This document shows positions 30,501 to 39,664 of a stretch of DNA of 64,000 bases, in pieces. A program made the position numbers and the translations under genes. The stretch spans positions 1-64,000 of the forward strand of contig CBDDUX010000063.1 of the NCBI GenBank assembly GCA_965234725.1. The letters are read 5' to 3'. The notes under the pieces are model-generated. The model searched no databases. It was not told the origin of the DNA and worked only from the letters and a program-made list of their open reading frames with translations. The stretch comes from Thermoplasmatota archaeon. Its GTDB lineage: Archaea; Thermoplasmatota; Penumbrarchaeia; Penumbrarchaeales; Penumbrarchaeaceae. Numbering within the stretch: the first letter of the stretch is position 1; every line of letters begins with the position of its first letter.

Positions 30501-32600
30501 ACTGTCAGGATAGATCAGGATGGTCAGAGGAATCCACTTAAGGATGCGATCAACCGCCTGATACCAGATTATGTAGATGATGAGGATACAAAATTGAGAA
30601 TTTATGTGGGTGTAGGGGCCAGATCGGAGGGCATGGCATATATTAGCGACCTTCATGTGGAATACAACGCCATCCCCAAACCGGCCAAGCCAATGGAGGA
30701 GCTAAGACTCAAAGAAGATGAGAAGAAGAAATTTGATTTCGACCTCAGGGATTACTTCAAGGACGATTATACCGCACCTCAGGACCTGGAGGTAGATATC
30801 AAACTTACCGGGTCAAAGGCTGATATGGTGGATGTGGAGATAGTGAATGGTAAACTGTCCATTGATGCCAGCATCTCCCCGAATTTCTACACCAGGATGT
30901 CGGAACCATACGATATCTATGCCATATTTTCGGTTACAGATGACGGTGGACCGAACGATGTTCCCTCAAGGACATATGTTACGAAACCCTTCCCCATAAT
31001 CGTAGAGCCTGTCAACGATGATCCTGTTGCCACAGGTCAGAAACTACCAGATCTTTACGCCTGGGAGGGTGAGACCACGATCGTCGTTGATCTGGCAGAC
31101 TACGAGCTGTTCATGGATGTCGATAATGATCCGATCCTCTACGATATTTTCATACCTCCCCCAGAGGAGATCCCCGGATACAATGAAACAGCTGATCTTG
31201 ATGTCAAACTCAGGGGTACTGAAATTGAGGTGTACCTGAATGAACTTTCTGATTGGACTGGAATAATCCCACTCAAGATCTACGGAACAGACGACCACCA
31301 GTTCAACATCTATCAGACACCAAATGTCAAAACGAATATAATCATCAACAACACAAATGACCCACCCCATTGGACAGAGATCCCCTCTATAACATTGGAG
31401 GAGGACAGGCCAATGAATAGGATCATGGAGCTCACCCAGTATATCTGGGATATAGATTCAGGTCCATCTGACCTTCTGGTTACCATCGATGATTATACTC
31501 AAAAATCATTTGTAACCTTTACACTGGAGCACCTGATGAGCGGTCAAACCTACATCAACTTCAAGCCAAGGGTCCAGAACTGGTACGGATCATCCACAAT
31601 TACGGTGAGTGTCAGTGATGGTGACTTCATAGATGCGATCTCCTTTGACGCAACAATTATGCCCGTGAACGACCCTCCATCTATCACAATACTCGAACCA
31701 TCAGAGAATCAGAGAGTAGAACCTGGTCCCTTCTCCATAGTAGGGGAAACTAAGGATGTAGAGGGAATTAAATGGGTGGAGATCCTCTTCGAGGACGAAT
31801 GGGTCAAGGCTATTGGAAAAACCTCATGGGGTCTGACCCTGATGGCTCCTCAATACAATCAGATGAAAGAGGGCATCCCCATTCAGGTGAGGGTCTTTGA
31901 CGGTGAGGATTACGCCTATGGATATGTGAACATCACCATCCTGAAATACATACCCACAGAGTTGTTCGATACTGACAATGATGGATATGATGACATCCTT
32001 GATGATTTCCCGTTCGATCCCTCTGAATGGAAAGATAGTGACAGGGATGGAATAGGTGACAATTCCGATCCTTTCCCCGAAAATCCTGCATGGAAAACCG
32101 ATTCAGACAAGGATGGTTTTGCAGATGCAGCGGATACAAATATCTTCGATCCAGAACTCTGGAATGACAACGATGGGGATGGAAGGAACGACCAGGACGG
32201 ACCCATAAAGAACAGGAACGCTAGTCCGAAAGAAGAGGATGCCACCTGGTTCTGGCCGATATTCCTGTTCGTACTCGCGATCTTGTTCGCCATTCTATCG
32301 ATCCTTTCCCTTGTTGCATTCATGATCAAGAGATCGGCCTCCAAGGATCCGAAGAAGATGGCAAGGTTCTACAAGTTCGAACAGAAATGGAGAGATGCCC
32401 AGAACGTCCTGATCGAGAAGGGACCTTTCGCTAATATGAGTGGAAAGGTTTCTGATACCGTGTCGCAAACAGGCCCAACACCATCTCCAACACTTTCCGG
32501 ACCTTCTCCTGTAAGGTCTCCATCACAGGTCGGATCCGGAATATCCAGGCCCGGTCTTCCTCCGGGTAACATGAGACCTCCGATCAACAATAGACCTTGA
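27519..32600 (+). CDS. FG-GAP/VCBS-repeat surface protein (paralogue 2)
   Basis: Same architecture as 21989-27052; shared GTGYGxFG, INRLIPDY, ISDLHxEYNA, SEWKDSDRDG and ASKDPKK blocks. Confidence 0.88.
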   Translation: MRMSKTIPIALILLLMTFLPLIDLEISGEQTSEFYDNSNNPLAGGPVEFPGGEGLDVEYYFKVGRNVPISEAYLNISTYNSHLGMAPLEPYVDVGVDSNLEWEFKGTGYGKFGQLDSFSDDRSQVSISYGSNGGSDSSTHVLIPRDSEVIDGSIDVRGRFQDPSNIPISTYTIEKDPSSLSMDGFAMEKGDIDGDGDIDVVVADTRNSRIVWIENPGDNDGDWNLNVIYSGSDTTNCYSIDVGDIDDDGDLDVAATSYSRGYVMWFRNDNDGSTWTRYRFRTGFTYAGRVRLADMDQDGDQDIVVASWYNYLYYRDPFLYWFEAPENPSTTSGWTAHTISASPYYYMYTYSSMDIGYLNDDDYPDIVLSTYPRYSYYGNNFLHTYINPTTTSGTWKKTIIDSNAQQIYSVDIADIDEDGDDDIVAACYGGNSIKLYDNVNNASSWTENTLVSFTRPTYVLVEDMNDDGKLDILAGGGSGVYDLAVLHQGTSSTSFTKYSITTSLIDPRAFTPFDMDDDGDLDMMAAGRSGSQLVLINTTDKSTPSHEIIWLADGGVKDIRGMDYLDMDGDGDLDVLFCGYGTGYVGWLENDGTPFSGAGAIHKIGSIGNPIETMAADADGDDDMDVFVLSSGGVVLWFENTGAIYSTWPSSIIGTGIPSAYSMYAGDFTGDGKADVVTSSATGYSNGQIRLYKSPSDPKTTWPRNYIASSLSYLKRIWADDMDLDGDLDVLAVMGAYGSGTVVYYKNLVEIKDPMSGTWGAIQVGGGLYYPEDVKTIDITDDGYPDVVVTGSYYYSKVMWFQNPLGKQVSSWTSYVLYSSAYTWRIGVGDIGNDGYADIIFNIGSTSSPSSIYWLEEGVDYRQNWNLRALGGYSGTWALGIVDLEGDEVPEILSTSRSLDEIRAYRLNAVFPSGIGLDVGSDSSVSDWENSGSLKGAKTVNIKDYLQSTVDSEPNSVSIKKDTWGTNMLDIPIELSSTSSGRVQMEDIHIRYNATVRIDQDGQRNPLKDAINRLIPDYVDDEDTKLRIYVGVGARSEGMAYISDLHVEYNAIPKPAKPMEELRLKEDEKKKFDFDLRDYFKDDYTAPQDLEVDIKLTGSKADMVDVEIVNGKLSIDASISPNFYTRMSEPYDIYAIFSVTDDGGPNDVPSRTYVTKPFPIIVEPVNDDPVATGQKLPDLYAWEGETTIVVDLADYELFMDVDNDPILYDIFIPPPEEIPGYNETADLDVKLRGTEIEVYLNELSDWTGIIPLKIYGTDDHQFNIYQTPNVKTNIIINNTNDPPHWTEIPSITLEEDRPMNRIMELTQYIWDIDSGPSDLLVTIDDYTQKSFVTFTLEHLMSGQTYINFKPRVQNWYGSSTITVSVSDGDFIDAISFDATIMPVNDPPSITILEPSENQRVEPGPFSIVGETKDVEGIKWVEILFEDEWVKAIGKTSWGLTLMAPQYNQMKEGIPIQVRVFDGEDYAYGYVNITILKYIPTELFDTDNDGYDDILDDFPFDPSEWKDSDRDGIGDNSDPFPENPAWKTDSDKDGFADAADTNIFDPELWNDNDGDGRNDQDGPIKNRNASPKEEDATWFWPIFLFVLAILFAILSILSLVAFMIKRSASKDPKKMARFYKFEQKWRDAQNVLIEKGPFANMSGKVSDTVSQTGPTPSPTLSGPSPVRSPSQVGSGISRPGLPPGNMRPPINNRP

Positions 32601-32697
32601 GAGGTCCATTTCGAGAAGCATCAAAATCCTAAATAGGAGAAAGGGTCTTACCAGATTCACCGTGGGTTGTCCGCCACGCCTGGGGGTGTCTGTTCTG

Positions 32698-33222
32698 TTG
32701 CTCGATGAACTTGTGGAATGTGGAGCTTTGAGATTCGGGGATTTTACCCTTACATCAGGAAAGAAGAGCAGATATTATGTTGATATAAAGAAAGCCTCAT
32801 CCAGACCAGAAGTTCTCAGCAAGATAACAGAGGGCTTCCACGGATTCCATATCGAATGTGACCGTGTTGCAGGTGTTGAACTGGGAGCAGTCCCTTTGAT
32901 CGTTGCCTTCTCTTTGAAAACAGGTGTTCCCTTTGTAATAGTACGGAAAACCGGAAGGGAGCATGGTACAAAAAGGAGTCTGGAAGGAGAGATCAAGAAA
33001 GGGGATAGGGTCTTGCTTCTCGAGGATGTGGTCACAAGCGGTGGTTCTGTTGTTCAGGCCATCGATAGAATAGAGGAGGAGGGAGGACAGGTCGTATCCG
33101 TTATAACTGTTGTTGACAGAGAGGAAGGAGGAACTGAAAAGGTTGCGTTGAGAGCTCCTTTCAACGCCCTGGTCAAAGCTAGAGACCTCCTTGCTGAAGC
33201 AGATAAACTAGAGGTTGGTTAA
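32698..33222 (+). CDS. pyrE: Orotate phosphoribosyltransferase
   Basis: FGDFTLTSGKKSRYYVD, LLEDVVTSGGS PRPP motif; TTG start after GGGGGTG RBS. Confidence 0.95.
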   Translation: MLDELVECGALRFGDFTLTSGKKSRYYVDIKKASSRPEVLSKITEGFHGFHIECDRVAGVELGAVPLIVAFSLKTGVPFVIVRKTGREHGTKRSLEGEIKKGDRVLLLEDVVTSGGSVVQAIDRIEEEGGQVVSVITVVDREEGGTEKVALRAPFNALVKARDLLAEADKLEVG

Positions 33223-33240
33223 CCTCTGGAAGGGGATCAT

Positions 33241-34524
33241 ATGAAGGTTCTGATAATAGGAGGGGGCGGAAGAGAACATGCATTGGCCTGGAAGATCAGA
33301 AAATCCAGATGGGTCAACAAGGTCTATTGCGCCCCGGGAAATGCAGGGATCTCAAAGGTAGCCAGGTGCAAGGACATTGCTGCTACGGATATTGAGGGGC
33401 TACTTGCCTTTGCAAAGGAAGAGAACATCGACCTAATCATCGTCGGACCTGAACAACCCCTATCGATGGGTATAGTTGACCGATTCCAGGAGGAAGGGCT
33501 GAAGATCTTCGGCCCCACCAAGGCAGCTGCACAATTGGAATCCTCCAAGACATTTGCAAAAGAGCTAATGGAAAAATATGGTGTACCAACTGCCATGTCC
33601 AGGACATTTAATGACCTTGACCTGGCCAGGAGATATATCAAAGATACTGGGGGCCCCCTTGTTGTCAAGGTTGACGGATTGGCAGCAGGTAAGGGAGCCT
33701 TTCCATGTGATGATGAACTCGAGGCCCTGGATGTCATCGATGAGATAGAGAAAGGTCTTTTCGAGAAGACCGGGTCGAAGGTCTTGATAGAGGAATATCT
33801 CTATGGTGAGGAAGCATCCATCCTAGCATTCTCTGACGGAAAGCATATTATCCCCCTTGAATCCGCTCAGGACCATAAAAGGGCTTTCGACAATGATGAA
33901 GGACCCAACACGGGTGGAATGGGTGCTTATTCTCCCGCTCCAGTTGTCACAGAGGACATCGCATCAAGGGTCTATGATGAGATCCTTGTCCCAGTTGTGA
34001 AAGGTATGGCCTCGGAGGGTACTCCTTACAAGGGCATCCTCTATGCAGGCCTGATGATCACCGAGGATGGGCCTAAGGTCATAGAGTTCAACTGCCGATT
34101 CGGCGACCCGGAGGCACAGGCGGTAATTCCCCGCATGGCCACGGACCTGATCAAACCGATCATGGCTTGTTGTGATGGAACACTTGACAAGGTCAAGTTC
34201 CGCTGGTCAAAGAACAAATGCGTATGTGTTGTCCTTGCATCGGGTGGTTATCCAGGAATCTACAGCAAGGGTTTTACAATAAAAGGTCTTGAAAAATTGG
34301 ACGTGATGGAGAATATTATTGCTTTCCATGCAGGCACAGGTTTCGATGGAGAGCTTAATACCATTACAAGTGGTGGCAGGGTCCTTGGTGTATGTGGTTT
34401 GGGTCCCACGATCAAGGATACCATCAATATCACTTACAAAGCTGTGAAGAAGGTAGAGTTCGAAAACTGCTTCTTCAGGAAGGATATTGGCAAGAAAGCC
34501 ACATACCATCTTGATGGAATGTAG
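33241..34524 (+). CDS. purD: Phosphoribosylamine-glycine ligase
   Basis: GGGREHALAW, QDHKR, GPNTGGMGAYSP, EFNCRFGDPE. Confidence 0.97.
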   Translation: MKVLIIGGGGREHALAWKIRKSRWVNKVYCAPGNAGISKVARCKDIAATDIEGLLAFAKEENIDLIIVGPEQPLSMGIVDRFQEEGLKIFGPTKAAAQLESSKTFAKELMEKYGVPTAMSRTFNDLDLARRYIKDTGGPLVVKVDGLAAGKGAFPCDDELEALDVIDEIEKGLFEKTGSKVLIEEYLYGEEASILAFSDGKHIIPLESAQDHKRAFDNDEGPNTGGMGAYSPAPVVTEDIASRVYDEILVPVVKGMASEGTPYKGILYAGLMITEDGPKVIEFNCRFGDPEAQAVIPRMATDLIKPIMACCDGTLDKVKFRWSKNKCVCVVLASGGYPGIYSKGFTIKGLEKLDVMENIIAFHAGTGFDGELNTITSGGRVLGVCGLGPTIKDTINITYKAVKKVEFENCFFRKDIGKKATYHLDGM

Positions 34525-34531
34525 ACCTTAC

Positions 34532-37156
34532 CTACTCTTCATCATCCGTTCCGGATGTAGTTAACTCATCTCTCTTCTTCCTTGAAATGGCCATTATGAC
34601 GATCATGACAATTATCACCACCAACACAATGCTGGCTATTGCAACGAAGATAAGAATATTATCATCACCGTCGTCGTTATCGTCATCATCACCAACATGA
34701 CCAATGAGAACGGATATCTCTGCTGTCTCTTCATCCGATCCCAGCAATATTTCCCCATCCTTCTCTATCCAGGCATTGTAAGTCAGATGAGTGTAGGTTT
34801 TAAGGTCTACCTCGGATGCGTCCGCCCTGTATTTTCCTATCTCGTACATATCCAGGACCAGAGGGAACGGCAGCCCGCATGCGGCGTTCTCTCCATAGTC
34901 ACATGGCAGGATCCTTGCTTTGACAATAGCACCAGGTGGAACATTTGAGGCCTCCACAAAGATATACAGGATCTCTCCATCCATTTCCATATAGACATTA
35001 TCGATGGATGGATCTTCAGAGGTGTCAGGTAACTCTTTCGGAGTTGCTATGACCACAACACTCCATCTAAAGAAGTGACCCGATGAATTGATATCTATAT
35101 GGAAGGAGTAGGTACCATTCGCTGTATCAGGAACCTCAACGGTCAGGGAGACATTGTCCCAGAACCTTACCCTTGTACTATCAAGCGATCCGTTCTCAGC
35201 AACATCTCCTGAAAATGTAACATCATATTCCAGGTCACCCAATTTAACATCTCCCAGGGTGAGATTCCATCCCTCAGGGAGGTCCGGTGTGGAGATAGTG
35301 TAGATGATATCATCGAATGGAGAATCATCGAATTGGAACCTTTCAATAGTAAGGTTGACCAGTTCCTCACCAGGGGAACCTATCCTGAGAAGGTCGCTGC
35401 CCTCCTTTATATAGACCTCAGGTTCTGCTCCAGGCAGGTAAGATGTAGACTGGAGGACCTTCCCCATATCATCGTATAGAACAGCAACAATACCTTCACC
35501 TTCATTAGGTAAGGGGATCGAAAAGTGGACAGCATTTCCAGGAGATAGATCAGAAATGGGTCTTGTCGAGATCGTCTCCAGGAACCGATGAGCGATCGGG
35601 ATGCCCTCCATATTCCTCATATTGGAGTGGGTCTCCACACGCTGGACCTGAAGGATCCCTGAGATGTCCTCCGTATATACCGATCCCAGACCAAGGGAGA
35701 TATTCAACGATTCGGTCTCGGTTGTGATCATTATGTCTACGGGTGGAGTGTCCCTTGCAGAGGCATTCTCGATCATGGAAATTAAATCAGTACGCATACT
35801 GCCATCCAAGAAAGATTGTTCATCTCCGCCTTTCATCCTATCGTAAGTGTGATCAACGAACATGTCCGGAGTGGACGTAACACCAAGTTCGGTCGCTTTT
35901 GCCTGGGATGGAACATCGTCATAGACATACATTATGAAATCGAAATCGAGGATATTCTCATTATACAGCCTCTCAAGGGCCTCCTCCACATAAACGCAGG
36001 GACCGCATGTCGTCTGGGTGAACATCTCGACAAGGACCCTGTGATCCTCCCAGGTCGGAGGATCCCTGATGGTTATGTTTATCACAACAGGGTCGTAGGG
36101 TTGTCTGTAGATCTCGGGGGCTTCCTGGTCGTATTCCACAGTGATCGTAACTGTATAATCATCTGGAACAGATGTGTTGAAGAGAACTGAGCTTCCGAAT
36201 CCGGCATGGGGAGCAAGGTCCACCTCTGATTGAACTTTCTGATCCTCCCTACCGGTTATATTCACGATGACGGTTACATTGAAGGCTGTTCCGGTACCTC
36301 TGTTATTAACGGAGAAATCAATGGTGAGATTTGCTCCTGTGTAGAATTCATATGGATCAGCAATTGGTATATCCTCACCATCATTCCCGAGATCAGCGGT
36401 AAGCTCCATATCCGGAATGGGCCACGAATTGACGGTAACTTCCCATTCTTCATATGCCATCATACCATCCTTATCCACTGTAAGGTTCAGAGTATAGGAT
36501 CCATCGGAGGGAATGGAAACAGAAAGACTGAATTCTCCCGCGATATCGGTCGTTGTTGTATTTTCTATAGCTTCCCCGTCAACGGTCAGGTTGACTTTTG
36601 CTCCTGTGACATTCTCATCAAGATCATCTTTTACCTTCCCTGATACAGTGATCGTTTCGTTAGGGTATACTGTCGTACTGTCAGCATCAGCATCTACAGT
36701 AATCATCGTTGCCTTTCTGACAACTGTGACATTAAGTTCATGGGAATCCAGATCAGCAGGGTATATGAACGATCCGCTCGATCCATAATCAACAAAGAAA
36801 TGAAAAGAATAGAGAAGAGCAGGTTCCGTAGTTCCGTACCCACCACTGGGAATGAAAGCGTAGAATGTCCCTCCGTCCCCTGAATCGGTCATGGTGATCG
36901 GCGCCTCGCATAAACCTCCGGTTCCATCCATATTGTTATGGCATACCTGCATATCGATCCCAGTGATCGCTTCATCTGCAACTAAAAAGGTTGCAGATAC
37001 GTTGATTTCATCTTCAAAGGATGGATCCTCCGGATCAAATGCCACCGAAGAGAAAACCGGAGGAGCAGCCTCTGAATCTCCAGTTATCAATATTCCACCT
37101 GCCATTGACAGGATCAAGATCGAAAGGACAAGAAATGCATCACCCTTGCGTAACAT
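34532..37156 (-). CDS. Surface protein with Ig-like domains and an Omp28-like thioredoxin-fold (CGPC) domain, C-terminal TM
   Basis: Signal peptide; VLVEMFTQTTCGPC...STPDMFVD; acidic linker, TM, basic tail. Confidence 0.75.
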   Translation of the reverse strand: MLRKGDAFLVLSILILSMAGGILITGDSEAAPPVFSSVAFDPEDPSFEDEINVSATFLVADEAITGIDMQVCHNNMDGTGGLCEAPITMTDSGDGGTFYAFIPSGGYGTTEPALLYSFHFFVDYGSSGSFIYPADLDSHELNVTVVRKATMITVDADADSTTVYPNETITVSGKVKDDLDENVTGAKVNLTVDGEAIENTTTTDIAGEFSLSVSIPSDGSYTLNLTVDKDGMMAYEEWEVTVNSWPIPDMELTADLGNDGEDIPIADPYEFYTGANLTIDFSVNNRGTGTAFNVTVIVNITGREDQKVQSEVDLAPHAGFGSSVLFNTSVPDDYTVTITVEYDQEAPEIYRQPYDPVVINITIRDPPTWEDHRVLVEMFTQTTCGPCVYVEEALERLYNENILDFDFIMYVYDDVPSQAKATELGVTSTPDMFVDHTYDRMKGGDEQSFLDGSMRTDLISMIENASARDTPPVDIMITTETESLNISLGLGSVYTEDISGILQVQRVETHSNMRNMEGIPIAHRFLETISTRPISDLSPGNAVHFSIPLPNEGEGIVAVLYDDMGKVLQSTSYLPGAEPEVYIKEGSDLLRIGSPGEELVNLTIERFQFDDSPFDDIIYTISTPDLPEGWNLTLGDVKLGDLEYDVTFSGDVAENGSLDSTRVRFWDNVSLTVEVPDTANGTYSFHIDINSSGHFFRWSVVVIATPKELPDTSEDPSIDNVYMEMDGEILYIFVEASNVPPGAIVKARILPCDYGENAACGLPFPLVLDMYEIGKYRADASEVDLKTYTHLTYNAWIEKDGEILLGSDEETAEISVLIGHVGDDDDNDDGDDNILIFVAIASIVLVVIIVMIVIMAISRKKRDELTTSGTDDEE

Positions 37157-37215
37157 GAAAGCTGATTGTGATTGCTTCAAGATAAGTTTAACGTGAAATA
37201 CAGTACCAATAATAT

Positions 37216-37252
37216 AAAAAATAAAAAAAAAGCCCACCCCGGAGGGTGGGCT
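37216..37252 (-). terminator. Bacterial-style intrinsic terminator
   Basis: Minus strand AGCCCACCC-TCCG-GGGTGGGCT then long T run; C(UCCG)G is a UNCG tetraloop. Confidence 0.8.
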
Positions 37253-37281
37253 GGAGTATGGGAGGCTTATCGTTCTTTCAA

Positions 37282-38385
37282 TCAGAGACCATCGTTGTCT
37301 GAATCCTCGACATGGCCGTCGGTGGAGTCACCGCCGCCGGTCTCGACACCATCGATAAGCATGTCATTGTCGGTATCCCAGTCATTGGGATCAAGACCAA
37401 GGGCCAACTCGGCGTTGTCCCAGAGACCATCACCATCGGTGTCAGGGTTGTTGAAGTCGGTTCCCATGGCCATCTCGTCGGTGTCGGTTATCCCGTCACC
37501 GTCGTCGTCCACATTACCGTCACCATCACCATCACCGTTACCTCCCTGTGCCGGACCACTGCCAGCTCCGCCGGAATCTCCGCCGCCATTACCGCCGCTG
37601 CCAGTCCCGTCATTGTCGGAATCGGTGAGATGTCCATCGGTGGAGTCACCGCCGCCGGTCTCGACACCATCGATAAGCATGTCATTGTCGGTATCCCAGT
37701 CATTGGGATCAAGACCAAGGGCCAACTCGGCGTTGTCCCAGAGACCATCACCATCGGTGTCAGGGTTGTTGAAGTCGGTTCCCATGGCCATCTCGTCGGT
37801 GTCGGTTATTCCGTCACCATCGTCGTCCACATTACCGTCACCATCACCGTCGCCGTTGCCTCCCTGAGCAGGGCCATTACCTTCTCCACCGGAATCTGCT
37901 CCACCATTGCCGCCGCCGCCAGTTCCGTCATTGGAGAAATCCCAGGGCCAGGAATCATCAGGATCAAGCATTCCGTCACCATCGGTGTCGGGGTTGTTGG
38001 GATCAGTGGGTCGATAAACGTTCTCACCGGTCTCACTGTCTACACCAGCAAGTCTGAAATATTCATCATAGTTCAGATAGGGGACCTCGACCTGAGTTCC
38101 GGTGGCGAACTCTTCACCACTGAAATAATCAAAATCATCATCTGCATCTGCGGGATCCGTGGGGTCAAGTGAATTGTCAACTTCCCATCCATCGGGAAGA
38201 CCATCGCCATCAGTGTCCCAGTTGTTGGGATCGGAACCTGCCACAAACTCATCGAGATTGTTCAACCCGTCCATATCCGGATCGAAATCCCAGTCATTCC
38301 CCTTCAGGGGATTCAATGCTACAGCCATACCCATGATAGCTGTAAGTCCAAGCATGATTGCCAGACCAATTACTAGTTTCTTCAT
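37282..38385 (-). CDS. Secreted Asp/Gly-rich protein with TSP3-like (DTDGDG) Ca-binding repeats
   Basis: Signal peptide, repeated DTDGDGLxD motifs, no anchor, GGAGG RBS. Confidence 0.85.
   Translation of the reverse strand: MKKLVIGLAIMLGLTAIMGMAVALNPLKGNDWDFDPDMDGLNNLDEFVAGSDPNNWDTDGDGLPDGWEVDNSLDPTDPADADDDFDYFSGEEFATGTQVEVPYLNYDEYFRLAGVDSETGENVYRPTDPNNPDTDGDGMLDPDDSWPWDFSNDGTGGGGNGGADSGGEGNGPAQGGNGDGDGDGNVDDDGDGITDTDEMAMGTDFNNPDTDGDGLWDNAELALGLDPNDWDTDNDMLIDGVETGGGDSTDGHLTDSDNDGTGSGGNGGGDSGGAGSGPAQGGNGDGDGDGNVDDDGDGITDTDEMAMGTDFNNPDTDGDGLWDNAELALGLDPNDWDTDNDMLIDGVETGGGDSTDGHVEDSDNDGL
37297..37932 (-). repeat. Intragenic 2 x 318-bp (106-aa) tandem duplication
   Basis: GGTGGAGTCACCGCCGCCGG at 37321 and 37639; protein cores identical. 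Confidence 0.9.
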
Positions 38386-38587
38386 TTCAAAGCCTCCATT
38401 TACTATCTACAAGATACCATTCGCTGTTTATGATATATATAGCTTTTGAAACGAACGCTGAACAGAATCCTGAAAAATGAGATCGAGGACATGAGAGAAA
38501 AAATGAAATAATCACATTTTTAATATATAAGAAATAATCTTATATTATAATCTTAAATAATATTTAAATGAAATAAAATAATTGGGG

Positions 38588-38616
38588 AAAAAAGATCCGG
38601 AGTTTATTCCCGGACC
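38588..38616 (-). terminator. Hairpin + U6 terminator after the wHTH gene
   Basis: Minus strand GGTCCGGG-AATAAA-CTCCGGATC-TTTTTT. Confidence 0.55.
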
Positions 38617-38647
38617 TTGATCCCAATCGAAAATAGATCCTTCCGAT

Positions 38648-38986
38648 CTAACTTGAAAGAAGTGGATTCCAGCTGAGTTTCACAGGAGCATCTGTCCTGT
38701 CCATCTCAAGTGTTACCCTTAGTTCATTGTTGTAGAATTCTACGTAGAAACCCCTTACAAGCGATGTATACCTGGTTACCCTCTTACCGTAAGAGGTCAG
38801 CTTCCTATCGAGAGGAGCGATCAACCCGGAGATCTCAAGCTCCTTGATCTTCTTGTAGGTACCTGCAAGCGGTGTTCCCAGATCTATCGAGAGCTCCTGC
38901 GCGGTGCAGGGTCTCTTCTGAGTAGCGGCTATTATCTTGAGTGCATTCCCGTCGGACAATATCTTGGATGTCTCGAGTATCTTCAT
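38648..38986 (-). CDS. Winged-helix (ArsR-like) transcriptional regulator
   Basis: TAQELSIDLGTPLAGTYKKIKELEISGLI...GKRVTRY. Confidence 0.8.
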   Translation of the reverse strand: MKILETSKILSDGNALKIIAATQKRPCTAQELSIDLGTPLAGTYKKIKELEISGLIAPLDRKLTSYGKRVTRYTSLVRGFYVEFYNNELRVTLEMDRTDAPVKLSWNPLLSS

Positions 38987-39127
38987 GGTTATTTTCCCCC
39001 GTATGTGCATACATATACATACTTGCATATATATGTTTCGTCATATGCATGAATATTCATAGATGTTGATATATGCTATATGGAATTTTCGCGGGTTTTT
39101 TACCCTCATATACCCCTTCAAGGGTCA

Positions 39128-39625
39128 ATGAAGGCCGGATCGAAGGGGAAAAACGGGTTTGTTGTCGATGAAATGCTTTGGAAACTGGGGAGGTTCCTCA
39201 GGATAGCTGGCTTCGATACATTGATGCCTCGACCGACCACTGATGAGGAGCTTGCAAAGATCTCCATGGATGAAGGTAGGGTCCTGCTCACCAGGGACAA
39301 GGACCTTTCGAACAGGAATGATGTGATCTCATTCAGGATCAGGGAAGAACACCTTGTTGATCAGTTAAAGGAACTTAAAGATGGACTCGATCTAGGGTTA
39401 TTCAAGAGAAATGGATCAAGATGTCCTTCCTGCGGGTACATTCTTCGATCCAAGATGAAAGAGGAATTTGGACAGGACATACCTTCCGGCATACCTCCAA
39501 AGGTTTTCGATAGGATCGATATGTACTATGTATGTACAAAATGTGGGAAGTCATACTGGAGGGGAAAGCACTGGGATGGGATATCCAACGTTCTAGATAA
39601 GTTCGACCTTCTTCCGGACCAATGA
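39128..39625 (+). CDS. Mut7-C RNase domain protein (PIN-like + Zn ribbon)
   Basis: FVVDEMLWKLGRFLRIAGFDT, RVLLTRD, RCPSC, CTKCGKSYWRGKH. Confidence 0.9.
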   Translation: MKAGSKGKNGFVVDEMLWKLGRFLRIAGFDTLMPRPTTDEELAKISMDEGRVLLTRDKDLSNRNDVISFRIREEHLVDQLKELKDGLDLGLFKRNGSRCPSCGYILRSKMKEEFGQDIPSGIPPKVFDRIDMYYVCTKCGKSYWRGKHWDGISNVLDKFDLLPDQ

Positions 39626-39664
39626 CTAGACCCAAAGATTATTCTATATCGTACCATTAGCAAG

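Noticed and set aside
37172..38172. Long + strand ORFs 37172-37867 and 37312-38172
   Set aside because: Antisense shadows of the repetitive Asp/Gly gene.
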